From assembly GCF_018350175.1 (NCBI RefSeq), contig NC_058373.1, positions 107,324,001-107,388,000 of the forward strand: a stretch of 64,000 nucleotides of DNA, given 5' to 3'. The first letter of the stretch is position 1; each line of letters starts with the position of its first letter. The translations under genes and the position numbers were made by a program. Below are positions 12,920-26,090 of the stretch, one piece after another. The notes under the pieces are model-generated. The model worked only from the letters and a program-made list of their open reading frames with translations, was not told where the DNA came from and did not search any database. Origin of the DNA: Felis catus (Eukaryota).

Positions 12920-13342
12920 CTTATTTTTAAAATTTATTTTTATTTTTATTTTTTTTTCAACGTTTATTTATTTTTGGGACAGAGAGAGACAGAGCATGAA
13001 CGGGGGAAGGGCAGAGAGAGAGGGAGACACAGAATCGGAAACAGGCTCCAGGCTCTGAGCCATCAGCCCAGAGCCTGACGCGGGGCTCGAACTCCCAGAC
13101 CGCGAGATCGTGACCTGGCTGAAGTCGGATGCTTAACCAACTGCGCCACCCAGGCGCCCCTTAAAATTTATTTTTGAGAGAGAAAGAGAGAGCGTGCACG
13201 AAAAGGGGAGGGGCAGAGAATCCAAAGTGGGCTCTGTGCTGACAGCATAGAGCCCGATGCAGGACTCAAACTCATGAACTGCTGTGAGATCATAACCTGA
13301 GCCAGAGTTGGACGCTTAACTGACTGAGCCTCCCAGGTGCCC
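12920..13342 (-). mobile_element. Older SINE with a young felid SINE nested in its tail (inner copy 12942-13160)
   Basis: Outer TSD tgtacc(a/g)aaagagttt; inner TSD ttaaaatttattttt. Confidence 0.92.
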
Positions 13343-13514
13343 TGTACCGAAAGAGTTTTTTGCTTGTTATTCAGAGTATTATATTGACACTTTGATTTAT
13401 ATAGGTAAACTTAGAAAGGAGTAAGGCATTATTTTGAGTCAGAATTATATAAAAAATTGTAAAATTATTAAATAATTATACATTAAAAATCTAACTCATT
13501 GAAAATTTATCATC

Positions 13515-13748
13515 TTTTTTTGTTTTTTTTTTAATGTTTTTTTTTAATGGTTTATTTATTTTTGAGACAGAGAGAGACAGAGCATGAGCAGGGAGGGGCA
13601 GAGAGAGAGGGAGACACAGAATCTGAAGCAGGCTTCAGGCTCTGAGCTGTCAGCACAGAGCCCGATGTGGGGCTCGAACCCACGAACGGCGAGATTATGA
13701 CCTGAGCTGAAGTCGGACGTCCAACCAACTGAGCCACCCAGGCGCCCC
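13515..13748 (-). mobile_element. Felid SINE
   Basis: TSD catctttttt. Confidence 0.93.
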
Positions 13749-13845
13749 TACCATCATCTTTTTTGAACATACCTCAGTGGCTTCTCTTACGAAATAGTTT
13801 CAGTCTTAAGTTTTGGTGCCAGTTTATCCTTTACCTTCCTAGTTA

Positions 13846-14058
13846 ATTTTTTTTTCAACGTTTATTTATTTTTGGGACAGAGAGAGACAGAGCATGAATG
13901 GGGGAGGGGCAGAGAGAGAGGGAGACACAGAATCGGAAACAGGCTCCAGGCTCTGAGCCATCAGCCCAGAGCCTGACGCGGGGCTCGAACTCCCGGACCG
14001 CGAGATCGTGACCTGGCTGAAGTCGGACGCTTAACCGACTGCGCCACCCAGGCGCCCC
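13846..14058 (-). mobile_element. Young felid SINE (CpG-rich subfamily)
   Basis: tcaacgtttatttatttttgggacag...gactgcgccacccaggcgcccc. Confidence 0.95.
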
Positions 14059-14095
14059 ATAATTTTTAACTGCTGTCTATATCATATTTATTCAT

Positions 14096-14294
14096 TAAAA
14101 TTTTTTTTTAATGTTTATTTATTTTTGAGAGAAAGAGAGAGAGCGGGGAAGGGGTAGAGAGAGAGGCAGACACAGAATCTGAAGCAGGCTCCAGTCTCTG
14201 AGCTGACAGCTCAGAGCCTGATGTGGGGCTCGAGTGCGAGATTATGACCTGAGCTGAAGTTGGATGCCTAACTGACTGAGCCACCACGTGCCCC
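14096..14294 (-). mobile_element. Felid SINE
   Basis: Reverse-complement SINE body. Confidence 0.9.
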
Positions 14295-14823
14295 TATTTC
14301 ATGCTTCTTTACATCTAGACTATAGGGACCATTGGAATGCGAATTAAACTTGTTTTTGTTTTCTATAAATTATATAATTATATAATATTTTTTATTCTGT
14401 TGGATAAATTTTCTCTTTGTAGAGCACAGATTCTTTTCAGTTTTGATTCTGACTAGTATAATAGATCCCAGACTTACTGTTTATATTTAAATAATTTAAG
14501 TAATCTTTTATGTACTTTTAAAGTTAGAATGGGGACTTTAAAAATCAAATCTAATGTGATTATGACAAACACGTATCTTAGGTTTTCTGGGGTGATTCAG
14601 AGATTTAGATATTCTGTGTGATAGTCTGATAGTCTTTGGCTCTGGAAACATAGTTGCTGAACTAGAACTAGTTTCTAAAGTAGGTATTAGGTGAAAGGAC
14701 ATAAATATAGCTGTAAGTAATGACAATCTGATGAATTAAGTCAGTGTGATGAATTTTTTTTATTGTCCACTCAAGATTTATATTAAAACTGTTTTTCATG
14801 TCATTGTTTCCTTTCTGATGCAG

Positions 14824-14927
14824 TTTTCAACTTGACCAATAATGTGGATTTGGACAACACCAAAAAGAAAATGGAGATGTACCAAAAGGAAAACAAAGAT
14901 GTCATTCAGAAAAATAAGTTAAAGCTG
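14824..14927 (+). CDS. MNAT1: MNAT1 exon 4 (104 nt), (V)[34 protein letters not shown]
   Basis: Pyrimidine tract and cag acceptor at 14821-14823; CTG|gttggt donor; the translation matches MAT1. Confidence 0.97.
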
Positions 14928-15056
14928 GTTGGTTGCTAAGTATTTTCTTCTTTTGCTTTAGAAATGAATGTTTCCATCTGATTCCTGAAAAGCTATCTTC
15001 CTCTAAAACTAGTTAAAATTACAAAGAATTTAGCTGAAATCTAGGCCAGAAATACT

Positions 15057-15159
15057 ATGTCTATGTATATAGTATTTGTATATGTATACATATACATATA
15101 TGTGTATATGTATATGTACACACACACATATATATATATATATACGTGTGTGTGTGTAT

Positions 15160-15219
<60 letters not shown>
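15057..15219. repeat. Compound microsatellite (TA/TATG/CA/TG/GA)
   Basis: Read directly. Confidence 0.95.
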
Positions 15220-15222
<3 letters not shown>

Positions 15223-15727
15223 ATTGTGAGCATGCAGAGATTTAATTGTCCAACTTGTACAGTTTAGCTGTCATTTTTTTAATGCTGGGCTTTCCAGTTT
15301 TAGAGGAAAGCAGAGGTGATTATTTTTGAGGTACTTTGTCAGGAATTTGTGATCATTGGTAAAAATGATACAAGTCATATTTGGATCACATAGCTTGTGT
15401 TTTCATCTTGTGTTTAGAGGGACTTTCTCCTTATAGTCTTAGGAGTGTTTCATTTCAGTACTTCTTTCCTGCCATAAAGTTCTCAAGGGATTGACACTAT
15501 ATTCTAATTCCATTCATACCCAGCCTGCCTTCCTTAGAAAGGTGTCTCATTTCTGAGAGGATCAGTGTGACATAAAAATTACTCTCTTTGCCCAGTAGCT
15601 TTCACTGAGTTAGAAGATACATGCAAAATAGGTATTCTTAGGTAACTTGTTCCATTAGCGCCATTTAACTCATTAATAGAAGGATGTTCCTTTTAAGTGA
15701 GTACTTTTTTTCATTCAGAGCTTTGAA

Positions 15728-15747
15728 GTTTTCATTTATTTATTTAT

Positions 15748-15793
<46 letters not shown>

Positions 15794-16108
15794 TGTGTGT
15801 GTGTGTGTGAGTGGGAGAGGGGCAGAGGGAGAGAGAGAGAGAGAGAGAGGTTTTTTTTTTTTTATTTGTTTTGAGAGAGAGAGAGCACGGGTGAGGGGCA
15901 GAGGGAGAGAGAGAGAGAGAGAGGTTTTTTTTTTTTTTTATTTGTTTTGAGAGAGAGAGAGCACGGGTGAGGGGCAGAGAGAGACAGAGAATGAATCTTA
16001 AGCAGTCTCCACGCTCAGCCCGATATGGAGCTCGATCTCACAACCCTGGGATTATGACCCGAGCCAAAGTCAAGAGTCACTGAACCTACTGAGCCACCCA
16101 GGCACCCC
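15728..16108 (-). mobile_element. Carnivore SINE with a reiterated 3' segment
   Basis: TSD tcattcagag at 15711-15720 and 16109-16118; three tail-like segments. Confidence 0.85.
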
Positions 16109-17175
16109 TCATTCAGAGTTTTAAGCTAGGAAATAATAGTGAGTGTTGCAGTAAAAGAATAATCTAATTTCGGTGAACTTTTTCTTCAAATGAAAACTTG
16201 CTTGGAAAACTTTGGTTGAAGTGAAACCAAACTTTTCTTAGTGGGTAGAGGGATAGGCTGAATTCCCATCTGTTCAGTCTCTTTGTAGTATACCTTAGGC
16301 ATCTTATTAGAGAATTCAAGATTCCTTAGAGTAATGTTATAAAAACTTGGTTGTGGATGATCGTCATTGAAGGGTTTTAAACCAAGCGATAATGTATTGT
16401 CTTTGTTAGAATGAATATAGTGGTTTCGTGGAGGTTGAATTTGAGAGAATCGAGGTTGGAATTTGTGAAACCAATGGGAAGTTATTGCAGTCATGTTGGT
16501 GGGTTCAGAGGTGACTTAAACAAGAAATGGAGAGGTGGGGATGAATTGGAGAAACAGTTTGAGTTTAAAATAGCAAGTCCTATACTGATGGATTAGGAGT
16601 AGGAGGTGAAGGCAAGGGAGGTTGACTGGGTACCGTAGTGCCATGAGGAAGAACACAGAGACCTTTAATTTTCAACCTGTTTTCCTTCTCTCAGTCCATT
16701 ACCTTCTTCTTCATTCCCACAGTGTTTGATTTTTTAATGATGGCTGTTTTCCCGGTTATTTAGTCAGCTAGCTAGCCAATCAATATTTATTGAGATCTAC
16801 TATGTCCAAGATGCTCATATATTCTATTTCAGTGAGAAAATTGAGGCTACCAGTTTCTCATTGTCAAAGATGATGAACTGTTGGTCTGAATCTCACTGGG
16901 CCTGTTGGCTGTGTTTGGTGTAGGCTTCTCCCTTGATAGGGAATCCCTCTTCCCTTAACTTCTCTTAACTTCTGTGGGGCCACTCCATTCTCCTCCTCGT
17001 CCTGCTGCCCTCACCTTCCCCTTTCAAGATTAGGAGACTTAAGCTTTCCTTCCTGACTCTAAAACATGGTTCCTTTCAGTGCTTCTCTCTCTGAGTTAAC
17101 CCTATATACTAATTACTCTCAAATGTTTCTGCAGCACATTGTTTTTCTCCTGAGCTTGTAGAATTTTACTATGTA

Positions 17176-17197
17176 ATATGTATACATATATGTATAT

Positions 17198-17239
<42 letters not shown>

Positions 17240-17291
17240 ATATGTATATATGTATATGTATATATGTGTGTATATATATATATGTATGTAT
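17176..17291. repeat. (TA)n/(TATG)n microsatellite
   Basis: Read directly. Confidence 0.95.
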
Positions 17292-17869
17292 CATTAATAG
17301 ACATTTATTTCTTGATTATTATAGGCACTTTTAATTCAGCATTCCAGAGCTGAATTTTTAAATGTTTACCATTTGTTTCTCTTGCATTCTTTATCCGAGT
17401 GTTCAAGCCATATCTGGTCTGTCTTCCTATACTGTTGATAGTCTCTCCCCATCATTTTTCAAACCTGGTTCCTCCTCTAATTCTATTATTACCTTATTTA
17501 GGGCTCTCATCATTTCTTATCTGGGTATCGAAATGTTCTTCTAACCAGTTTTCCTGTCTTCAGTTATGATCCCATTGGTCTGAATACTTCACTGCTTCTA
17601 ATCATCTTTCTAAAGTTATCCCTCAGATTTCCTTAATGATACAGATTTCCTTAGTATGGTTTGATGGATGCTCCATGATTTGTCCTCTGCTTTCCTTTCC
17701 AGTTTTATCTAGAGCTTTCCCCCACCCCCATACTTCATGACTTGGATATACTAAGCATTCCAGCTTTATTCATGTCTTTGCACCTTTGTTTTCTCTGCCC
17801 ATATAGCTGTTCCACTCTCCAATGGGGTAAATACCTACCGTTTCAAGTGTTTGCCTCAACCTCCTAGGT

Positions 17870-18215
17870 TTCCGAGAGCCACTGAAATAAATTACTAAAA
17901 AAGGAATTTAGAGTCTAGAAGTCTGAAATTAAGGTATCATCAAGATCATGCTTTCTCTAAATGCTCTAGGGAAGAATCCTTCTTGCCTCTTCTAGCTTCT
18001 GGTGGTTGTCAGAACCTTCAGTACCACTCTGATCTCTACCTTTGTCTCCACATGGCCTTCTCCCCTGTGTGTCTGTGTCTGAATTTCTAGTATGACCCCA
18101 TCTTAATTTGATTATGTCTGCCAAGACCCTATTTCCAAATAAGGTCACTTTTACATGTACTAGGGGTTAAGACTTCAACATGTATGGGGGGGGGGGATAC
18201 ATTTAACCCATAATA
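17870..18215 (-). mobile_element. MLT1 (MaLR) solo LTR remnant
   Basis: agaagtctgaaattaaggt...gaagaatccttcttgcctcttctagcttctggtgg...gaccctatttccaaataaggtcac. Confidence 0.8.
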
Positions 18216-18834
18216 CTCCCTATGAAATCTTTTCTTTCCCTGTGTGTCCTTTTATCATTGCAAGGAGAATTTACCACTCTATCAATTCTCTTTTCACTGT
18301 ATCTTGTTACACTTAATTGATTCTATGGCACTATTTTACTATGTGGCTCATCTTTTTCTGCTTCTACGCCTCTAATCAAGTAGTTCACTTTTCCAGCCTT
18401 CATATCTCAGCCCCTGACTTTTTACATTTATTCCTACTAATCCTTCTAGGTGAAGTTTGAATTCTCCTCTCCACTGGGGGGCCTGAATTAGAGTAGCGAC
18501 CTTGGCAAATAGAGAAGGAAACATTTGTAAAATTATAGGGAGCGATGCTAATAGGATGTAGAGATTGATTTAATTTAAGAGGAATGGGAGGGAGAGAGGG
18601 AGTAAATAGAGCTAAATTTGCAGTTTCAAATGAAGTTGACTGAGATGTAGGTGTGCACTTTGTGGACACAGGGAATATAGGTGTGTGATCACTTTGGGAG
18701 GCCAGATGCTAAACTTAATTTTGGATATAGTACTGAGTTTGAATTGTAGGTGAATCATCTTTTTGGTTGAGAACTTTGTTTTTTGGGAGTTTATCTAATG
18801 TGTGAACTAAAAAAAAAATCTAGTAAAGGGTTTT

Positions 18835-20521
18835 TAAAAAAAATTTTATTTAACTTATTTTTTTAATTTACATCTATGTTAGCATATAGTGCAACAATGA
18901 TTTCAGGAGTAGATTCCTTAATGCCCCTTACCGATTTAGCCTATCCTCCTTCCCACAACCCCTCCATTAACCCTCTGTTTGTTCACCATATTTAAGAGTC
19001 TCTTTATGTTTTTGTTTTTGTTTTTTTTTTTTAATTTTTTTTTTAACGTTTATTTTTGAGACAGACAGAGCATGAACGGGGGCGGGGCAGAGAGAGAGGG
19101 AGACACAGAATCAGAAGCAGACTCCAGGCTCTGAGCCATAAGCCCAGAGCCCGACGCGGGGCTTGAACTCACGGACCGCGAAATCGTGAGCTGAGTTGAA
19201 GTCGGACGCTTAACCGACTGAGCCACCCAGGCGCCCCTCTCTTTATGTTTTTTGTCTCCCTCTCTGTTTTTATATTATTTTTACTTCCCTTCCCATGTGT
19301 TCATCTGTTTTGTAACTTAAAGTTCTCCTATGAGTGAAGTCATATGATATTTGTGTTTCTCTGACTAATTTCACTTAGCATAATACCCTCTAGTTCCATC
19401 CACATAGTTGCAAATGGCAAGTTTCATTCTTTCTGATTACCGAGTAATACTCCATTGTATCCATATACCACATCTTCTTTATCCATTCATCCATTGATGG
19501 ACATTTGGGCTCTTTTCATACTTTGGCTATTGTTGATAGTGCTGCTATAAACATTGGGGTTCATGTGCCCCTTCGAAACAGCGTATCTGTATCCCTTGAA
19601 TAAATACCTAGTAGTGCAACTGCTGGGTCATAGGGTAGTTCTATTTTTCATTTTTTGAGGAACCTCCATACTGTTTTCCAGAGTGGCTGCACCAGTTTGC
19701 ATTCCCACCAGCAGTGCAAAAGAGATCCTCTTTCTCCTCATCCTTGCCAACATCTGTTGTTGCCTGAGTTGCTAATGTTAGCCATTCTGACAGGTGTGAG
19801 GTGGTATCTCATTGTGGTTTTGATTTGTATTTCCCTGATGATGAGTGACGTTGAGCATTTTTTCATGTGTCGGTTGGCCATCTGGATGTCTTCTTTGGAG
19901 AAGTGTCTATTCATGTCTTTTGCCCATTTCTTCACTGGATTATTTGTTTTTTGGGTGTTGAGTTTGATAAGTTCTTTATAGATTTAGGATCCTAATGCTT
20001 TATCTGATATGTCATTTGCAAATGTTTTCTCCCATTCCGTTAGTTGCCTTTTGGTTTTGCTGATTGTTGCCTTCGCTTTGCAGAAGCTTTTTATTTTGAT
20101 GAGGTCCCAATAGCTCATTTTTGCTTTTGTTTCCCTTGCCTCTGGAGACATGTTAAGTAAGAAGTTGCTGTGGCCAAGGTTAAAGAGGTTCTTGCCTGCT
20201 TTCTCCTCAAGGATTTTGATGGCTTCCTGTCTTATATTTAGGTCTTTCATCCATTTTGAGTTTAATTTGTGTATGGTGTAAGAAAGTTGTCCAGGTTGAT
20301 TTTTCTGCATCTCTCTGTCCAGTTTTCCCAGCACCACTTGCTGAAGAGACTGTCTTTATTCCATTGGATATTCTTTCCTGCTTTGTCAAAGATTAGTTGG
20401 CCATACATTTGTTGGTCCATTTCTGGGTTCTCTATTCTATTCCATTGATCTGAGTGTCTGCTTTTGTGCCTGTACCATACTCTCTTGATGATTTCAGCTT
20501 TGTAATACAGCTTGAAGTCCG
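18835..20521 (-). mobile_element. 5'-truncated felid L1, same subfamily as 18-1460, with a SINE in its 3'UTR
   Basis: ORF2 C-terminal ORFs 19738..19935 and 19984..20337; short TSD aagggtttt at 18826-18834 and 20522-20530. Confidence 0.93.
19014..19237 (-). mobile_element. Felid SINE nested in the L1 3'UTR
   Basis: TSD tctctttatgttttt. Confidence 0.94.
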
Positions 20522-21506
20522 AAGGGTTTTGAATATTATTTTAAATATAAATATATTTTTCTCTGAGGTGTCTGCTATTCATATATTTATGATGCTCAAA
20601 CCTATTATGCTCTCTTCCTCCGTTCTGCATTTACCTCAAGGTGCCATAAATTCTCAATGTTCTGTCAAAGTAAAAAAAAAAAAAGAGCTTTAAAATAAAG
20701 CCATTTAGATTTTACTGTATTTTTCATTCATAAGAATGAAAGAACAAAGACTATGTATAGTATTGCTTTTAAGCATGACTTTAAGTTGGAATAAATTTCA
20801 GAACCTGGAATTATTTAATATTTCCGAGGCACTCTATAAAAGGAGAATGAGTAGAACTATAGTTCATTCTGTTTACATATTAGCTTTGAATTTTGAATTT
20901 TTCAGTGCACAAAGAAGACTTGAAATTTATATGCTTATGTTAGAAAATAATTTCAGTTTTTTGCAACATGATGATGTTTGGAACTCTAGCATCATAAAGA
21001 CTTATTTCAGCTTAGGGAAAACAAGCTTAGGACATTGATAACTTTTCATTACCTAGAATGTTCTGGAAATTGTTTCTATTAAATAAGTCAGTCCTTTCAA
21101 TGGAGTGTTTCAATTGGTAGTTCTGTATGTAGATTGTCTCTGTTGTTTTTATTGGGTTTTGTTTTTGTTTTTCTTGTTAAATCCTCTAAAATGAATTACT
21201 CAAAACTATCTGTAATAATGATCAATAGATAAATTCTTTGTTAAACACATTTCCTACAGCTCTGCAACTGAGTGAAGTGTACTTGTTTAGGTGTTAGTTA
21301 AATGATAGGTGTCATTCTCTTTCATAGTAACATGTCCATGTGAAATAATAAAATGAACTCTAGTTCCTGCAGAGTAGAATTGTTGCTCTATTAAACTCTT
21401 AAGTGACTAGTATGTTTTATGTATCCAGAAAGTGTCGGAGTGCAGTAAAGGATTGATTTTGGTTACTAAATTTATTCCATGCTATATATAAATATTTCTG
21501 TTTTAG

Positions 21507-21731
<225 letters not shown>

Positions 21732-24269
21732 TAAATGGCATTTTTATTGGCATATTCAGTGCTGGTGTATTCAACTTCTATTCCTTTATTTAAAAAAACC
21801 CATTTTGTCAATATCCGTTTTATTTTTAGATGAAAGAGCAATGTAACTGATGTAAGGCAGTGTACTATTAATAGGTTATTTATGTTTTTAAGCTTACTGA
21901 TGAAAATGCTTTGTTTTTAAGGCAGTTTTCTCCTGATTAACAGTGGCTTTCTTATAACTAGCCCATTTTCAAGTGTTTTGGCTTCATGTGAAATTTATAG
22001 TGATTCTATTTACTCTGTGAGAACTATGTTTCATATTTTTGCATGAGAAAGAATGTATTTGAAAGAAATGGCAGTGTTTTGCAAATTGTGTTTTCCAATA
22101 ATTAGCTCCTCAAGTAGTCATCATTGTTAGATAATAGCAGTAATAATAACTAAGGCTTCGGAAATGTTTCACAGATTTGACGGTATATTATTTGATGCTT
22201 ATAACCTAGGGTGATAACATAAAATCACAGTAGAAATCGTCCTTTCCAGGAAAGTCTTTTGCATTCTTCCCTTTCCTTTTCTGTCCACATAATTAATTTC
22301 TATGTAGTGGTAACATACTTTAATTCGTCAGTCTAGTTGATGTGGTATTTGTAACTCTATGATTAGGTAAATGTGTATGTGTATATTTTTATACCATTCT
22401 TTTGGCCAAATGTGAGCTGACCAGGAATAAAAAGAGAAAACAAGATAATTAAATTAGAAGTAGGTGAGAAAGTAAGGAAAAGTAAGAGTAAGGGCATTAA
22501 TGAGGCTTAGATAGAAAATGTGTTTCATAAACCCTATCTACTTTGTGTAAGTGGAATGTAAATTTGGTTCTAAAAATAAAGACAGCATATAAAATAGAAT
22601 ATATTTTTCTTAGTGATTTCCACTAATTTTTCTTGAAATCATTGTCAGTTGTGCCTTTAACAGTTGAAATGACACATGTGTTTTACCTTTTTTTGTTGAC
22701 ATGAATTTTGTGAAAATTGAAAACTTTAAAGAATGAATTAGTAAATACTGATGTTCTAATTATTTTATTGAAAGGTTCTTTCCCCCATCATTTTATACAA
22801 AGAGGGGCATACTTTTCCTTGGTAATGCTTCTCCTTTATACAATTAATTGAATTAATTCAAAATAGAACTTAGACATGAAATGAAAATATACTTTAATAT
22901 TTAAAAAATATTGCATCTAGTATAAAGAGATTTTAGATATAATTTTGAGGTTAGCTGGCTCTGCATAGCAATTATTCTTTGCATATTTTTTTAGTCCTCA
23001 AAGTAATGTTTTGCTGCCTCATTGAGTGCTATTGGCATGACGCTCCCCTTTAATTCAGTGGGGCATGAAGCAAGATGTAAAACTGCCAATGTTGTACATT
23101 GTGTATAACCTGGAGTTAATATTGGTTTTTGTGAGACCTCCCCCCAAACTGCCTGCAACTTCCTGTTTTCTTCACCTGCAAGTCATTATTGCACATACTT
23201 TCTTCACTGTTTAGAGCATGTAACATGGTGGTTAAATAAAAGTTAGAAATTTACTGTATTCATTAGACCAATTAATTACAACAGATTGTTTTTAAATATC
23301 AGTACATTTTGAATTTTCGGTTTCCTAATTTTATTTTTAAAAATTCTCTGTTACTTTAATTTTTAAATGATCATTCATTGTTTCTGTTAAAATGTTAATG
23401 TATGTTTAGTTCTTATTGACTAATAGAAAGAATTATTAAATTTATTTTTATCTTCCTGAATCCTTAATAAGTAAAAAACACACTTTGTTTCTTTTTCTAT
23501 GTATATTCGTGTGTTAGATTCTATGAAAAAGATAATATTGGCATTTGTAAATATGTCTAGAAGCTTAACTCTTAGAATTGTTCTCTGGATCTAATTTAGG
23601 CAACAAGCACTACTTATTAAGAATTTTTTTTCTCCTGTTTTTGGGTTTGATTCTTGTGCTAATGGTCACTCTTTAACCTTTAAAAAGCATTACATTATAC
23701 TGTATGTGACAGATTTTAATGTTATGGTCTTAATGTTTATGACTTAGCATTTACCATAATGTTGCCTAAAAAGTCCATTTATTTAATCCTAACTGTAAAT
23801 TCAGTTTTTTTTTTTAACAGTTTGGAAAAAGATTTTTAAACAAGTCCTAACTTATTAAATCTTTTTATATTCGTGTTTGAAAATTTTCTTCAGTTTATGT
23901 CTTAAATTTTGTTAAGGGCTAATACTGTCAAAATGCAGTAGCTGATTTTTATTAGAAATATTGTTTGCCAGATGGCTTGCTTAAAGTCAGTTAAAATAAT
24001 CTTTAAAAAGTGGTCATTATAAAGCTTTTAATGAGTATTACAGGCAGTCTTATTAAAATTTCTTTAAATATTAAACAGTATACCTTCAGGCAATTAATGA
24101 GGTTTAGAGAACCTTTCAAGATAACCTGGAAAGCTAAGAAAAATGAAATAACTTGCTAAGGCTGAATCTGCATTTTATGTATTCTTGAGAGCATGTATAT
24201 TCCCATAGTTTTTTTTTTTTACTCCATTGATTGATTTTGTTGTTGTTAGAGCTCCTGCTTAATTCTGTC

Positions 24270-24298
24270 TCTTTTTTTTTAATGTGTATTTACTTTCT

Positions 24299-24329
<31 letters not shown>

Positions 24330-24484
24330 CGCGCACACGCAGGTGAGGGGCAGAGAGAGAGGGAGAGAGAAATCCCAAGCAGACTCTGCACCATCAGTGC
24401 AGAGCCCGATGTGGGGCTCAAACTCACGAACCTTGAGATCATGACCTGAGCTGAAACCAAAAGTTGGACAATTAACTGCCTGAG
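24270..24484 (-). mobile_element. Slightly 5'-truncated carnivore SINE
   Basis: TSD gagctcctg(c/t)ttaattct. Confidence 0.9.
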
Positions 24485-25136
24485 CTCCTGTTTAATTCTA
24501 ACTTAACTTTCACAAAGATTTTCAGGCTTCAAAGTTTTGAGTGCTAAAATGGAATGAAGCAGATTTGAAGTAAATTGTATGCCTTAATGTCAAAATTGGT
24601 TTTAGATTCCTAGAATGTTTATTTTTTATTGAATTTCAGCTGTTTTACCAAGGCATTTTAATGTTCAGGGCCTTTTATGTGAAAGTGAAACCAGGATTAA
24701 AACAGGCCCAAGTATTGATTAGCAACTTTTTTGAAGTGAGCCCACTGTCTTGCGTTTACATAAGGACTTTCACTTAGAGTAAATACCAGGTATGGAAGAG
24801 TATTTGAATTCACTTAGAGTATAGATTGAGGAGAAATGCTAAGAAATTTAGTTTTCTTCTGTTAATTTTTACATATGAAAAGGCAGTAATGGGTTTTAAA
24901 AGATGTTTTGGTCCACAGTCCATTTAAATTCTCTCTTAATTTTACGTTTAATTATAAAATTCTTAATGAACATCTAGAATAGCTGCAGGAATTCACAGCA
25001 ATACTGTTGCTAATGCATAACTAATGCTTTATTGCAGAGTATGAAAGGTGTTCAAGTATATTCTCAATAGTATATATTTCATTCATTCTCCTTTATTATT
25101 TTTTAAATTAAAACAATTTTTTAAATGTTTATTTTT

Positions 25137-26090
25137 TGACATATCGGACAAAGGGCTAGTATCCAAAATCTATAAAGAGCTCACCAAACTCCACACCCGA
25201 AAAACAAATAACCCAGTGAAGAAATGGGCAGAAAACATGAATAGACACTTCTCTAAAGAAGACATCCGGATGGCCAACAGGCACATGAAAAGATGTTCAG
25301 CGTCGCTCCTTATCAGGGAAATACAAATCAAAACCACACTCAGGTATCACCTCACGCCAGTCAGAGTGGCCAAAATGAACAAATCAGGAGACTCTAGATG
25401 CTGGAGAGGATGTGGAGAAACGGGAACCCTCTTGCACTGTTGGTGGGAATGCAAATTGGTGCAGCCGCTCTGGAAAGCAGTGTGGAGGTTCCTCAGAAAA
25501 TTAAAAATAGACCTACCCTATGACCCAGCAATAGCACTGCTAGGAATTTATCCAAGGGATACAGGAGTACTGATGCATAGGGCCACTTGTACCCCAATGT
25601 TCATAGCAGCACTCTCAACAATAGCCAAATTATGGAAAGAGCCTAAATGTCCATCAACTGATGAATGGATAAAGAAATTGTGGTTTATATACACAATGGA
25701 ATATTACGTGGCAATGAGAAAAAATGAAATATGGCCTTTTGTAGCAACGTGGATGGAACTGGAGAGTGTGATGCTAAGTGAAATAAGCCATACAGAGAGA
25801 GACAGATACCATATGGTTTCACTCTTATGTGGACCCTGAGAAATTAACAGGAACCCATGGGGGAGGGGAAGGAAAAAAAACAAACAGGTTAGAGTGGGAG
25901 AGAGCCAAAGCATAAGAGACTCTTAAAAACTGAGAACAAACTGAGGGTTGATGGGGGGTGGGAGGGAGGAGAGGGTGGGTGATGGGTATTGAGGAGGGCA
26001 CCTTTTGGGATGAGCACTGGGTGTTGTATGGAAACTAATTTGTCAATAAATTTCATATAAAAAAAAAAAGAAAAAAAAAGAAAAAAAAAT
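25137..26090 (+). mobile_element. Young 5'-truncated felid L1, sense to MNAT1, with an open ORF2 C-terminus
   Basis: ORF 25048..25839 is uninterrupted from [12 protein letters not shown] to the stop. AATAAA at 26045-26050 precedes a long A tail. TSD aaatgtttattttt at 25123-25136 and 26091-26104. Confidence 0.96.

Noticed and set aside
18..20530. Segmental duplication or assembly duplication explaining the two similar L1s
   Set aside because: The flanks are unrelated, the TSDs differ, and the copies differ at many positions.
25048..25839. 263-aa ORF (and the 258-aa ORF at 40987..41763) as host genes or active L1
   Set aside because: These are only the ORF2 C-termini of 5'-truncated L1s, with no promoter, ORF1, endonuclease or RT domain.
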